DNA of 64,000 bases from Rhizobiaceae bacterium (lineage in GTDB: Bacteria > Pseudomonadota > Alphaproteobacteria > Rhizobiales > Rhizobiaceae), in NCBI GenBank assembly GCA_027483885.1, contig JAIXTO010000112.1:19870-83869 (forward strand), written 5' to 3'. The first letter of the stretch is position 1; each line of letters begins with the position of its first letter. The translations under genes and the position numbers were made by a program. Under the pieces are notes generated by a model. The model saw only the letters and a program-made list of their open reading frames with translations. It was not told the DNA's origin and did not search any database. Shown piece after piece: positions 1-9,245 of this stretch.

Positions 1-84
1 TTGTTTCAAATGCAATAGCCCCGCCCTTGTGGGGGATATGCCCGGCAGGGCAGAGGGAAAATTTTGTCGCGCGGGGGCCGCATC

Positions 85-1725
85 ATGAAACCCTTCGCAA
101 CCCTCCTCGACCGTCTTGTCCTCACCCCCTCGCGCAACGGCAAGCTGACGCTGCTGGCCGATTATTTTCGTGACACACCCGATCCCGACCGGGGGTATGG
201 ACTTGCAGCGCTTGCCGGAACGCTCGATCTGAAGGGCGTCAAGCCGGCGCTGCTCAAGGAACTGGCCCTGGAACGGCTCGATGCGGTTCTGTTCCAGTAT
301 TCTTATGATTATGTCGGCGATCTCGCCGAAACCATCGCGCTCGTCTGGGATGGCGGGGGCAAGGAGAGGGTGGCCGAAGGCGGGCAGCCTCGACTAGGCG
401 AGGTCGTGGCGCGCATGAACGCGCTGGGGCGCACCGAGGTGCGCGGTGCCGTGCGCGATCTGCTCGATCACCTCGATCATTCCAGCCGTTTTGCCTTTCT
501 GAAACTTGCGACCGGCGGGCTTCGCATCGGTGTATCGGCGCGGCTTGCCAAGCAGGCGTTGGCGCAGATGAGCGGGCGTGACGTGACCGAGATCGAAACC
601 CTCTGGCACGGGCTTGAGCCGCCTTACGTCTCGCTGTTTTCCTGGCTGGAGGGCAGGGCGGAAAAACCGGTGCTTGCCAGCCCGGCCATCTTCCATTCCG
701 TCATGCTCGCCAATCCGGTGGAGGAGGGCGATCTGGAAAAGCTCGATCCCGCCGATTACGCCGCCGAGTGGAAATGGGATGGTATTCGCGTGCAGATGTC
801 GAGCCATGGCGGCACCAAAAAGCTCTATTCCCGTTCCGGCGACGATATCTCAGGTGCCTTTCCCGATGTGATCGCGGCGATCAATTTCGAGGGCGTCGTC
901 GATGGCGAGCTGCTGGTGGGCGGCACGGCGCGCTCCAACAGCGCCACGCGCACCTTTTCCGATCTGCAGCAGCGGCTGAACCGCAAGACGGTGAATGCCC
1001 GGATGCTTGCCGATTATCCCGCCTTCGTGCGCGCCTATGACCTGTTGTTCGAGGGCGGGCAGGATATCCGCGCGCAAACGTTTCTCGCCCGCCGCGAGCG
1101 CCTCACCGGCCTCATCGACAAGGCCCCGCATGACCGGTTCGATCTTTCCGCACTTGTGCCGTTCAACGATTGGGACACACTTGACCGGTTGCGCATTGCC
1201 CCGCCCGATCCCGTCATCGAAGGGGTGATGATCAAGCGCAAGGACAGCGTTTATCAGGCAGGCCGCCTGAAAGGCCCCTGGTTCAAGTGGAAGCGTGATC
1301 CGTTCAATGTCGATGCGGTGATGATGTATGCCCAGCGCGGCCACGGCAAGCGCTCCAGCTATTATTCCGATTTCACCTTTGGCGTCTGGGCCGACGGTGA
1401 GGAGGGCGAGCAGCTGGTGCCTGTCGGAAAAGCCTATTTCGGCTTTACCGATGCCGAGCTTGAAGTGCTCGACAAGTTCGTGCGCGATAACACGGTGGAA
1501 CGCTTTGGCCCGGTGAGGGCCGTGCGCGCCGAGCCGGGCTTTGGTTTTGTGCTGGAAGTGGCGTTTGAGGGCATCAACCGCTCCACCCGCCACAAATCCG
1601 GCGTTGCCATGCGTTTTCCCCGGATTGCAAGGCTTCGAACCGACAAGCTGCCGCGCGATGCCGACAAGCTTTCGACGCTGATGGCGATGATGGATGCCGC
1701 AGCACCGCCCGTCGAGAAAGCGTGA
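85..1725 (+). CDS. ATP-dependent DNA ligase (bacterial DNA-damage-response / LigC-like type)
   Basis: ORF 64..1725, first ATG at 85 (MKPFATLLDRL). Nucleotidyltransferase motif I KxDG present as EWKWDGIRVQ. The ~545 aa size fits an adenylation plus OB-fold ligase. Confidence 0.85.
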   Translation: MKPFATLLDRLVLTPSRNGKLTLLADYFRDTPDPDRGYGLAALAGTLDLKGVKPALLKELALERLDAVLFQYSYDYVGDLAETIALVWDGGGKERVAEGGQPRLGEVVARMNALGRTEVRGAVRDLLDHLDHSSRFAFLKLATGGLRIGVSARLAKQALAQMSGRDVTEIETLWHGLEPPYVSLFSWLEGRAEKPVLASPAIFHSVMLANPVEEGDLEKLDPADYAAEWKWDGIRVQMSSHGGTKKLYSRSGDDISGAFPDVIAAINFEGVVDGELLVGGTARSNSATRTFSDLQQRLNRKTVNARMLADYPAFVRAYDLLFEGGQDIRAQTFLARRERLTGLIDKAPHDRFDLSALVPFNDWDTLDRLRIAPPDPVIEGVMIKRKDSVYQAGRLKGPWFKWKRDPFNVDAVMMYAQRGHGKRSSYYSDFTFGVWADGEEGEQLVPVGKAYFGFTDAELEVLDKFVRDNTVERFGPVRAVRAEPGFGFVLEVAFEGINRSTRHKSGVAMRFPRIARLRTDKLPRDADKLSTLMAMMDAAAPPVEKA

Positions 1726-1795
1726 ACGGCCGTCCACTTGCGAGCACAATTGCGGGTGATACCATCCGGGAATATTTTGCAACATGGTGATATTC

Positions 1796-2788
1796 ATGCC
1801 GTTTTCACGCCGCCAGATGATTTTTGGACTTTCCGCCACGGCAGCCCTTGCGCCGTCGCTGGCCCCCTTTGCAGCGAGAGCGCAATCTGCCGCTGTGCAG
1901 CCCGTTGTTGCTCCTGCGGCCGCTCCCTCGGTTGCCGCGTCAAAGCCTGTCAGCGAAGCACCGTTCCCGACGCCGGAGGTGCCGCCGCTGGAAAAAATGG
2001 ATTATGCCGCGGCGCGCCAAAACTTCCGCACCAATCTCCTGCGCAAGGGGCCGTCACCGGAGGCAGGGCCGCCGCTCGGCACGCCGCCGGGTGCCACGCG
2101 CGTGACCTATCCCGGCGGGCCGGATCGATCCCTGCCGCTGGTGGCCTGGGTCTCCAATCATGACGCTTCGGCCGCGCCAAAACCGGCCGTTCTGTTCCTG
2201 CATGGCGGCAATGCCACCGGTGATGGCCACTGGGAACTGATGAAGGGGTATGTGGAGGCAGGCTTTATCGTCATGCTTCCCTCGTTTCGCGGCGAAAACG
2301 GTCAGGCGGGCAATTATTCCGGTTTCTACGACGAGACCGCCGATGCGCTTTCGGCGGCCGATTATCTGGAAAACCTGCCCGGCGTCGACAAGAACCGGTT
2401 TTTCATCGCCGGCCACAGCAATGGCGGCACGCTGGCGCTGCTGGCCTCCATGACGCGGCGGTTCCGGGCCGCGGTGCCGATGTCGGCCGGTGTCGATGCC
2501 TGGCGTTATTTCGGCCGTTACGAGAAGGAAATCCGCTTCGACTGGGACGATCCGCGCGAATTCGTCATGCGTTCGTCGGTCTGCTTTGCGCCAAGCCTGA
2601 AATGCCCAACGCTTCTGCTGCGCGGCAGCGAGGAACGCCCCTTCGACCAGAATCACCTGCTCTTCATCGAACGGGCGGTGGCCGGTGGCGTGTCCATCGA
2701 CAAGAAGATCCTGCCGGGCACGCATAATGGCGTGGTGCCGGGCGCCGTTGCCGAAAGCATCCGCTTCTTCAAGAGCCACGGCGCCTGA
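1796..2788 (+). CDS. exported alpha/beta-fold serine hydrolase (dienelactone hydrolase / S9-like)
   Basis: Twin-arginine-like signal MPFSRRQMIFGLSATAALAP...AARAQS. Nucleophile elbow GHSNGG. LFLHGGN oxyanion region. Confidence 0.7.
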   Translation: MPFSRRQMIFGLSATAALAPSLAPFAARAQSAAVQPVVAPAAAPSVAASKPVSEAPFPTPEVPPLEKMDYAAARQNFRTNLLRKGPSPEAGPPLGTPPGATRVTYPGGPDRSLPLVAWVSNHDASAAPKPAVLFLHGGNATGDGHWELMKGYVEAGFIVMLPSFRGENGQAGNYSGFYDETADALSAADYLENLPGVDKNRFFIAGHSNGGTLALLASMTRRFRAAVPMSAGVDAWRYFGRYEKEIRFDWDDPREFVMRSSVCFAPSLKCPTLLLRGSEERPFDQNHLLFIERAVAGGVSIDKKILPGTHNGVVPGAVAESIRFFKSHGA

Positions 2789-2851
2789 GATCGGGTTGAG
2801 CCAACGGTATTAAAAGATGCCGGGCAGGGGAAAACCTGCCCGGTGCAGCCT

Positions 2852-3565
2852 TCAGACCGAGCGGGTAATGCCGCCGTCGATGCGGATGTTCTGCCCGGTG
2901 ATGTAGGCGGCGCGGTCGGACGCGAGAAGCGCGATCAGTTCGCTCACCTCGTCCACCGTGCCATAACGGCCCATCGGAATGCGCTCCTTGAATTCGCTCT
3001 TTTCCGGCAGGCTGTCGATGAAGCCCGGCAGCACGTTGTTCATGCGGATATTGTCGGGCGCATAACGGTCGGAAAACAGTTTTGTATAGGCGGCAAGGCC
3101 GGCGCGAAACACACCGGAGGTCGGAAACACCGGATCCGGCTCGAAGGCGGCAAAGGTCGAGATATTGACGATGGCGCCGGATTTCTGCGCCTGCATGATC
3201 GGCGTGACGAGGCGCGTCGGGCGCACGACATTGAGGAAATAGACCTCCATGCCGCGATGCCAGTCCTCGTCGGAGAGGTCGAGCAGGGGCGCGCGCGGGC
3301 CATGTCCCGCGCTGTTGACAAGCGCGTCGATGCGCCCGAACCGCTCCATGGTCAGATCGACCAGCCGCTTGAGGTCATCATTGGACTGGTTGGACCCGGT
3401 CACGCCGATGCCGCCGAGTTCGGCTGCCAGCGCTTCGCCCTTGCCGGAGGAGGAGAGGATGGCGACCGTGAAGCCGTCGGCTGCGAGTTTTCGCGCCGCC
3501 CCCGCACCCATGCCGCTGCCGCCTGCCGTGATGATGGCAACCTTGCCGCCCGTCGTGTCGCTCAT
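2852..3565 (-). CDS. short-chain dehydrogenase/reductase (SDR) family oxidoreductase
   Basis: Rossmann motif KVAIITAGGSGMGAGAA. NNVLPGFI segment typical of SDRs. ATG at 3565 is preceded by GGAGGA. In-frame upstream extension to 3670 is unlikely. Confidence 0.8.
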   Translation of the reverse strand: MSDTTGGKVAIITAGGSGMGAGAARKLAADGFTVAILSSSGKGEALAAELGGIGVTGSNQSNDDLKRLVDLTMERFGRIDALVNSAGHGPRAPLLDLSDEDWHRGMEVYFLNVVRPTRLVTPIMQAQKSGAIVNISTFAAFEPDPVFPTSGVFRAGLAAYTKLFSDRYAPDNIRMNNVLPGFIDSLPEKSEFKERIPMGRYGTVDEVSELIALLASDRAAYITGQNIRIDGGITRSV

Positions 3566-3751
3566 GCTGTTTTCCTCCATTTTATAAGCGGAGTGTTTCA
3601 CCGGCCGCGCCGGCAGGCAAGCCTGATTGCGGCGTGCTTCGGCCGGCGGGCGCTCTGCCTTGTCCAGCAAAACACGGTCCCATGGAAAGCCTCGCGCCAG
3701 CCGCGGCGTGCATTGTTCCGGCTGATGTCATCTGCCGGAAGCTGTATTCTT

Positions 3752-4570
3752 ATGTTCCAGACCTTGCGCACTGTCTCCCGACGCGTCCTCCTTGCGGCGA
3801 TGCTTGCCGGAACGGCCAGCCTTTCCGGCTGCATTCTGGTCACCGATACCAGCCGCATGAACCCTGATGTCTTCGTGCAGGAAACCGCGCCGGTGTTTTA
3901 CAATCCGTCCGCGCCGCCGGAACCGCAGCCGCAGCCCACGCAGAAACAGCAGGCCATTCCGCAAAAACGCCAGCTTTACCAGACGCAGTTCCACCAGACT
4001 TATGGGCTTCCCGTCTCCAATCCCGTTCACCGCACCTATTACGCCAGCATCCGCGATGACGGCCACACGCTGCCGGCCGTTCCGTTCTCGCGCATCGATG
4101 CGCGTTATCTGCGTCAGGAGGTGGATTACGCCACGCAGGAAGCGCCGGGCACGCTGGTCGTCGATACGAAGGACCGTTTCCTTTATCTCGTCCAGCCGAA
4201 CGGCCGGGCAATCCGTTACGGCGTCGGCCTCGGGCGCGACGGCTTTTCCTGGAAGGGGCGTGGCGTTATCCAGTGGAAGGCAAAATGGCCACGCTGGACG
4301 CCGCCCGCTGACATGGTGGCGCGCCAGCCGGATCTTCGTCCGTTCGCTGCCGCCGAAGGCGGCGCGATGCCCGGCCTCAACAATCCGCTTGGCGCACGCG
4401 CGCTTTATATCTTCAAGGATGGCAAGGATACGCTTTACCGCGTCCATGGCACGCCGGATTGGCAATCGGTCGGCAGGGCAACCTCTTCGGGTTGCGTGCG
4501 CCTGCTGAACCAGGATGTCATCGATCTCTATGAGCGGGTGCCGGCGGCAACCCCGATTGTGGTTATCTGA
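3752..4570 (+). CDS. L,D-transpeptidase (YkuD domain) lipoprotein
   Basis: C-terminal part of ORF 2843..4570. ATG 3752 gives MFQTLRTVSRRVLLAAMLAGTASLSGC (lipobox). Pro/Gln-rich linker. Catalytic HGT...SSGCVRL motif. Confidence 0.85.
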   Translation: MFQTLRTVSRRVLLAAMLAGTASLSGCILVTDTSRMNPDVFVQETAPVFYNPSAPPEPQPQPTQKQQAIPQKRQLYQTQFHQTYGLPVSNPVHRTYYASIRDDGHTLPAVPFSRIDARYLRQEVDYATQEAPGTLVVDTKDRFLYLVQPNGRAIRYGVGLGRDGFSWKGRGVIQWKAKWPRWTPPADMVARQPDLRPFAAAEGGAMPGLNNPLGARALYIFKDGKDTLYRVHGTPDWQSVGRATSSGCVRLLNQDVIDLYERVPAATPIVVI

Positions 4571-4729
4571 TCACACCGGCGTCACGATAAGGTGCTGACA
4601 GCCACTCTGGCCGTCTAACTGTGGCGGCCTATACTTCTTTCAGACATAATGCGGGAACAAGTGTCTCAGACGTTCGTTGATGCGCGTTCTTAGCTCCCGC
4701 TTTTCCAGTGAAGAAGTAAATCCGGCCTC

Positions 4730-5458
4730 ATGACAACATCCGATCTTTTCAGCCGCCGCCGTCTCCTCAGCCTTTTGGCGATCGGTACTGCCTCCACACT
4801 TGCAAGCTGCGCCTCGTCGCGGCCCGGCCCCAACGGCCTCAGCATTACCTACCGCGATGGCGGTAACGCCTTTGCCCCGCCCTCCGCTCCGCTGCGGGGA
4901 CGCTCACCGGAACTCGATGCCATGTATGGCGAAACCGTGGATGGCGGCTTCGTCATTCCGGCCATTCCCTACTGGAATATCGATCCACGCTTCTATCGCC
5001 AGCGCGTGGTGGACCCGACGGGCGAACCGGCCGGCACGGTGGTTGTCGATACGGCCTCGCGCTTCCTTTATCTGGTGGAATCGGGCGGCTCGGCCATGCG
5101 TTACGGCGTCGGCATCGGCCGCGAAGGTTTTGCCTGGGAAGGCGAGGGTGTCATCCAGTGGCGCCAGAAATGGCCGAAATGGACCCCGCCGCAGGAAATG
5201 GTTGCCCGCCAGCCGGAACTCGTCAAATATTCCGCCGGCAATGGTGGCATGGCCCCGGGCCTGATGAACCCGCTTGGCGCCCGCGCGCTGTATATCTTTC
5301 GTAACGGCCAGGACACGCTTTACCGTCTGCACGGCAATCCCGAATGGAATTCCATCGGCAAAGCCGTCTCGTCGGGCTGCGTGCGCCTGATGAACCAGGA
5401 CATCATCGACCTTTACGAACGCGTGCCCAACAAGGCCCGCATCATCGTCTGGCAGTAA
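4730..5458 (+). CDS. L,D-transpeptidase (YkuD domain) lipoprotein, paralog of the upstream gene
   Basis: Lipobox LASCASS. Same YkuD core as the neighbour (RYGVGIGREGFAWEG, HGN...SSGCVRLMNQD). Confidence 0.85.
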   Translation: MTTSDLFSRRRLLSLLAIGTASTLASCASSRPGPNGLSITYRDGGNAFAPPSAPLRGRSPELDAMYGETVDGGFVIPAIPYWNIDPRFYRQRVVDPTGEPAGTVVVDTASRFLYLVESGGSAMRYGVGIGREGFAWEGEGVIQWRQKWPKWTPPQEMVARQPELVKYSAGNGGMAPGLMNPLGARALYIFRNGQDTLYRLHGNPEWNSIGKAVSSGCVRLMNQDIIDLYERVPNKARIIVWQ

Positions 5459-5502
5459 TGTCGCCAGCGGGTACGAACACCGATCTAAAAAGGCGCCCGG
5501 GT

Positions 5503-5842
5503 GGCGCCTTCAGCTTTATGACAAAGCTGTCTCCTACCACGACGTCATCCTCGGCCTTGTGCCGACGATCTACTAAGATCCAATAAAATCAAACGTTTGT
5601 AGATGCTCGGGACAGGCCCGAGCATGACGGAAGAAAACTGAAAGCCCTTTATCAGCAGTCTGAGGTGCCCGTGGGCGCCTTCAGCTTGATGACAACCCGT
5701 CTCCTACCACGACGTCATCCTCGGCCTTGTGCCGAGGATCTACCAAGACCCAATAAAATCAAAACGGTGTAGATGCTCGGGACAAGCCCGAGCATGACGG
5801 AAGAAAGTTCAAGGCCCTTTGTCAGAGCGGTCTGAAGGCGCC
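5503..5842. repeat. two tandem copies of a ~171-bp palindrome-rich intergenic element (RIME/REP-like)
   Basis: Copy 1 at 5503-5673, copy 2 at 5674-5842, roughly 85-90% identical by eye. Each has hairpins ATCCTCGGC-cttgt-GCCGAGGAT and ATGCTCGGG-acaNg-CCCGAGCAT, and GGCGCCTTCAG / CTGAAGGCGCC inverted ends. Confidence 0.8.
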
Positions 5843-5855
5843 TGATCGGTAAGGC

Positions 5856-7328
5856 TTAGCCGTTGCCGTTCACCACCAGGCAGGAGAAGGATTGCGCGGT
5901 CAGCGCCCGGCAGGCGGACAGGGCGGCGGCGCGGTTTTCAAAACCGGACAGGCTTGCGCGGTGCAGAACGCCGGAGCGGCCCTGAACGCTTTCCGTGTAA
6001 GGCGTGATCCCGGAAAAGCTGCGGTCGAGCGCCGGCAGTGCGCGCGACAGAAGCGAAATCGCTTCCGCCTGGCTGGGCGCTGCGGCCAGTTGCACGGTCC
6101 AGCCGGCATGTTCGGCCATGGCAAAGGGCAGGCCGCCGGGCGGGTTGCCGGGCCGGCCAGGGATGGCCGCCTGCGGCACAGGCCCCTCGGCATAAGCCGA
6201 AACCTGGCTTGCAGGCGGCGCTGCCGGTTCGATGGCCGCGGTGCGGGATGCCTGGCTGCGCTGTCGCGCCGGGCGGTCAGCGGCCGGACGGGTGGGAACG
6301 GGCGGAAAATGGCCAGCGGTCTCGGCGTCCATGCCAAGGTTTTCGCCCGACTGGGTGCGCCCCATGGTTTCGGCATGGGCAATCTGTGCGGCCACCGGAT
6401 CGAACGCGTCCGGCTCTCCTTGCGCTCTGCGGAACGGCATCGGTACGCCCGATCTTGGCAGGCTCGGCGCACCAACGGCTGCCACCAGAGCGCCACCGCG
6501 CACGGAGGCGCGTGGCATCGCATCATCCAGAAGGGCCGCCATCTGTGCGTCGCGGGCTCTTGCGGTGCGCCCGCCCATCACCACGCCGATCACCCGGCGG
6601 CCCTTGTCGTTGACGGCACTGACGAGATTGAAGCCGCTGGCATTGATGAAGCCGGTCTTGATGCCATCCATGCCGTTATAGCGGTACATCAGGTTGTTGT
6701 GGCCGCGAATGGTCTTGCCGCGGAAGGTGAAGGAGCGCAGCGCGAAGACCTTGTATTCCCGGGGATAGTCGCGCATCAGCGCAAGACCGAGCGTTGCCAT
6801 GTCGCGGGCCGTCGTCACTTGCCGCGTGTCGGGAAGGCCCGAGCCGTTGCGGAATGTCGTGCGGCTCATGCCGAGCGCACGCGCCTTGCGGGTCATCGCC
6901 TCGCCGAATTTTTCTTCCGAACCGTAAAGATGATCGCCGATGCCTTCGGCGACGTCATTGGCGGATTTGACCGCCATGCCATAAACCGCTTCGCGTACCG
7001 TATAGGTTTTTCCGGCGGGGATGCCGAGCTTGGAGGGAATGGTGGCGGCGCCATTGCGCGACATCACGATCTGCTGGTCCCATTTGAGACGTCCATCGCG
7101 CAGCGCTTCAAACACCATGTAGAGCGTCATCATCTTGGTGAGAGATGCCGGGTGGTTCAGCGTATCGGCATTTTCCGCCGCCAGCACCTTGCCGGTTGCC
7201 GCGTCCACGACGAAATGCGCGTAACCCGCCCGTGCCGGACCGGCAAAGGCGGTGAGCGCGCTCAACATCAGGGCAAGCCCGAGGGCAAGCGATGGCATGA
7301 TCGCGTAGGCGCGCACTGTAATCGACAT
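5856..7328 (-). CDS. D-alanyl-D-alanine carboxypeptidase (PBP5/6, peptidase S11) with C-terminal SPOR domain
   Basis: Signal peptide. SxxK (SLTKMM), SxN (KSANDVA) and KTG (GIKTGFI) motifs. Long Ala/Pro-rich linker, then a SPOR-like end (GWTVQLAAAPSQAEAISLL...FSCLVV). Confidence 0.85.
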   Translation of the reverse strand: MSITVRAYAIMPSLALGLALMLSALTAFAGPARAGYAHFVVDAATGKVLAAENADTLNHPASLTKMMTLYMVFEALRDGRLKWDQQIVMSRNGAATIPSKLGIPAGKTYTVREAVYGMAVKSANDVAEGIGDHLYGSEEKFGEAMTRKARALGMSRTTFRNGSGLPDTRQVTTARDMATLGLALMRDYPREYKVFALRSFTFRGKTIRGHNNLMYRYNGMDGIKTGFINASGFNLVSAVNDKGRRVIGVVMGGRTARARDAQMAALLDDAMPRASVRGGALVAAVGAPSLPRSGVPMPFRRAQGEPDAFDPVAAQIAHAETMGRTQSGENLGMDAETAGHFPPVPTRPAADRPARQRSQASRTAAIEPAAPPASQVSAYAEGPVPQAAIPGRPGNPPGGLPFAMAEHAGWTVQLAAAPSQAEAISLLSRALPALDRSFSGITPYTESVQGRSGVLHRASLSGFENRAAALSACRALTAQSFSCLVVNGNG

Positions 7329-7540
7329 TCCATACCCCCGCTGTGACGTCCAACCGAGGCATAACGCCAGAATATGGCGAGACAGTTGATAGAATTTTAT
7401 CGATTGCCGACGCGCTTAACGGAGGGTGAACCAAAGCGGGAACATGTTTCGTTCTGATGCAGAACACGACGCGAGCAGGGGCTCTGCGGCGACAGATGCC
7501 CGATCCGGGCGCGCAGGCCAGGCGCCCCGTAACGGAGCAG

Positions 7541-7569
7541 CACCCGCCCGGCGGCCGGCCGGGCGGGTG
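7541..7569 (-). terminator. GC-rich hairpin downstream of the 7589..7978 gene (no U-tract)
   Basis: Perfect 12-bp stem CACCCGCCCGGC-ggccg-GCCGGGCGGGTG, about 20 nt after the stop codon. It lacks a T-run, so function as a terminator is uncertain. Confidence 0.35.
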
Positions 7570-7588
7570 CAGATATGGGGTCGGAAAA

Positions 7589-7978
7589 TCAGACGAACTG
7601 GCTGAGGCCGGGCACGGAATTGACCACTTCATCCACCGTCTCGGTGCCGGCATGTTCGCGGGCAACGGCAATGGTTTCGCGGGCAAGGGAGGTGATTTCG
7701 CCCATGCCGAGGCCGAGCGACATCAGCTGCTGGCCAAGCGCCATGACACCGCCGCCGAAGGTGGACATCAACCCGCCGAGCAGGCCGCCGCCGCCAGAGC
7801 CTTCGCCATTGAACTGCGCCACCAGCGACGGTGCGCCGGGGATTGCCTCGATCATGCGGGCAACGGCTGCGTCATCGGCCTCACGCTGGAGAAAACCCAG
7901 CATCATGCCCACGGCCTTTTCGGCGATTTCGGGCGCAATGCCCACCTTGTCTGCCACGCGGGTGACCAGTTCGTTCAT
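7589..7978 (-). CDS. conserved hypothetical protein, two helical halves joined by a Gly-rich linker
   Basis: ATG 7978 (MNELVTRVADKVGIAPEIAEKAVG) preceded by GAGGAG. GC3-rich codons. Internal GEGSGGGGLLGGLMSTFGGG linker. No family recognised with confidence. Confidence 0.6.
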   Translation of the reverse strand: MNELVTRVADKVGIAPEIAEKAVGMMLGFLQREADDAAVARMIEAIPGAPSLVAQFNGEGSGGGGLLGGLMSTFGGGVMALGQQLMSLGLGMGEITSLARETIAVAREHAGTETVDEVVNSVPGLSQFV

Positions 7979-8144
7979 CACACTCTCCTCGATGTTTGAC
8001 GTTAACGTCAACGTAAATAAATGCGCCGCCGGATGCAAGCCGGACGTCTGCGCCTTTTGCGCCGATTTTTTGGTGCTAGCATCGCCTCGCGCCCGTTGCC
8101 ATTGGCCGCCGCAGGTTTTTCCAACATCGCTGCAGGAGGAAAGC

Positions 8145-9113
8145 TCAGTTGCGCCAGCTTTCTCCCAGCGTATCGGCCATATAGGCGCCGCGTTTTCCCA
8201 TCGGCTGTTCCGGGCCGGTGGTGCTGTCGCGCTGCGTCTGGTGCTCCAGTTCGGCATTGATCTCCGCGCCGAGGATGATGATGATCGAGGAAATCCACAC
8301 CCAGAACAGAAAGCCCATCAGTGCGCCAAGCGTGCCATAGGTGACGTTGAAATTGGCAATATGGGAGAGATAGAACGACACACCAAGCGAGCCGCCGAGC
8401 CACAACAGGGCGGCAAGCCCTGCACCCCAGCTGATCCAGCGTTTTTTGGCCGGCTCGCGGCTGGGGCCATAACGATAAAGCAGGCTGATGCCGAGCGTTG
8501 CCAGAACCAGCAGAACCGGCCAGCGGGCCAGCGACAGCAGCGTTTCGGCAAAACCGCCCAGCGGCAGGAAAGCGATCATGGCGGGAATGACGCCGAGCCC
8601 GACAAGCAGCACGATGGCGGCCACCAGCGCCATGAAGGTGAAGACCAGCGAGACGAGGTTCAAGCGGAGGAAGCTGCGCTTCTCGTCCTCCCGATAGGCA
8701 ATGTTCATCGCCTCGAACATGGCCTTCACGCCATTGTTGGTGCTCCACAGCGCAATGCCAAGACCGATCACCAGGCCGTAGCTTAGGGAACTGCGCTCCT
8801 CGCCGGCCAGCGTCTGCAACTGCTTGAAGAAGATTTCCAGCCCGTCCGACGGCATGACCTCGCGCAGGAAGCCCAGCCGTTCAGTAATCGCTGCCGGATC
8901 GGCAACGAAGCCATAAAGCGAAACCAGCGCCGTCATGGCGGGAAAGACGGCGAGCAGAAGATAGAAGGTCACGCCGCCGGCGACCAGCATCACCCGGTCT
9001 TCGATGATGGCGTTATAGACACGGTAGGCGACGTCGAGCAGGCCCTTCCAGGGTATTGCCGAGGGGGTGTCGGCGCCTCGTCCGCGAAGATCGGCCCCGC
9101 CTGTCTGTTTCAT
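8145..9113 (-). CDS. YihY/virulence factor BrkB family membrane protein
   Basis: DRVMLVAGGVTFYLLLAVFPAMTALVSLYGF signature and about 6 TM segments. ATG 9113 (MKQTGGADL) chosen to avoid overlap with the divergent gene. Confidence 0.8.
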   Translation of the reverse strand: MKQTGGADLRGRGADTPSAIPWKGLLDVAYRVYNAIIEDRVMLVAGGVTFYLLLAVFPAMTALVSLYGFVADPAAITERLGFLREVMPSDGLEIFFKQLQTLAGEERSSLSYGLVIGLGIALWSTNNGVKAMFEAMNIAYREDEKRSFLRLNLVSLVFTFMALVAAIVLLVGLGVIPAMIAFLPLGGFAETLLSLARWPVLLVLATLGISLLYRYGPSREPAKKRWISWGAGLAALLWLGGSLGVSFYLSHIANFNVTYGTLGALMGFLFWVWISSIIIILGAEINAELEHQTQRDSTTGPEQPMGKRGAYMADTLGESWRN

Positions 9114-9245
9114 CCTGCGGTCCCTCTCACATCCGAAGAGCGGCCACTGGGCATTGCCGCCGTAAAACGCCTCGCATTGCCGAACATGCCTGTCCCCCCT
9201 ATAAAGTCCAATACGCGCTAACGCTGACGCAAGGGGGCCGGTTGC

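Noticed and set aside
2843-3751. N-terminal ~300 codons of the 575-aa ORF 2843..4570
   Set aside because: This part is the mirror frame of the SDR gene on the opposite strand and has Arg/Gly/His-rich composition with no domain. The real gene is the L,D-transpeptidase starting at ATG 3752 with a lipoprotein signal.
5892-7346. 484-aa + strand ORF antisense to the DD-carboxypeptidase gene
   Set aside because: It is a typical high-GC shadow ORF with Arg/Gly/Ala-rich low complexity. The minus strand encodes a protein with all three penicillin-binding motifs.
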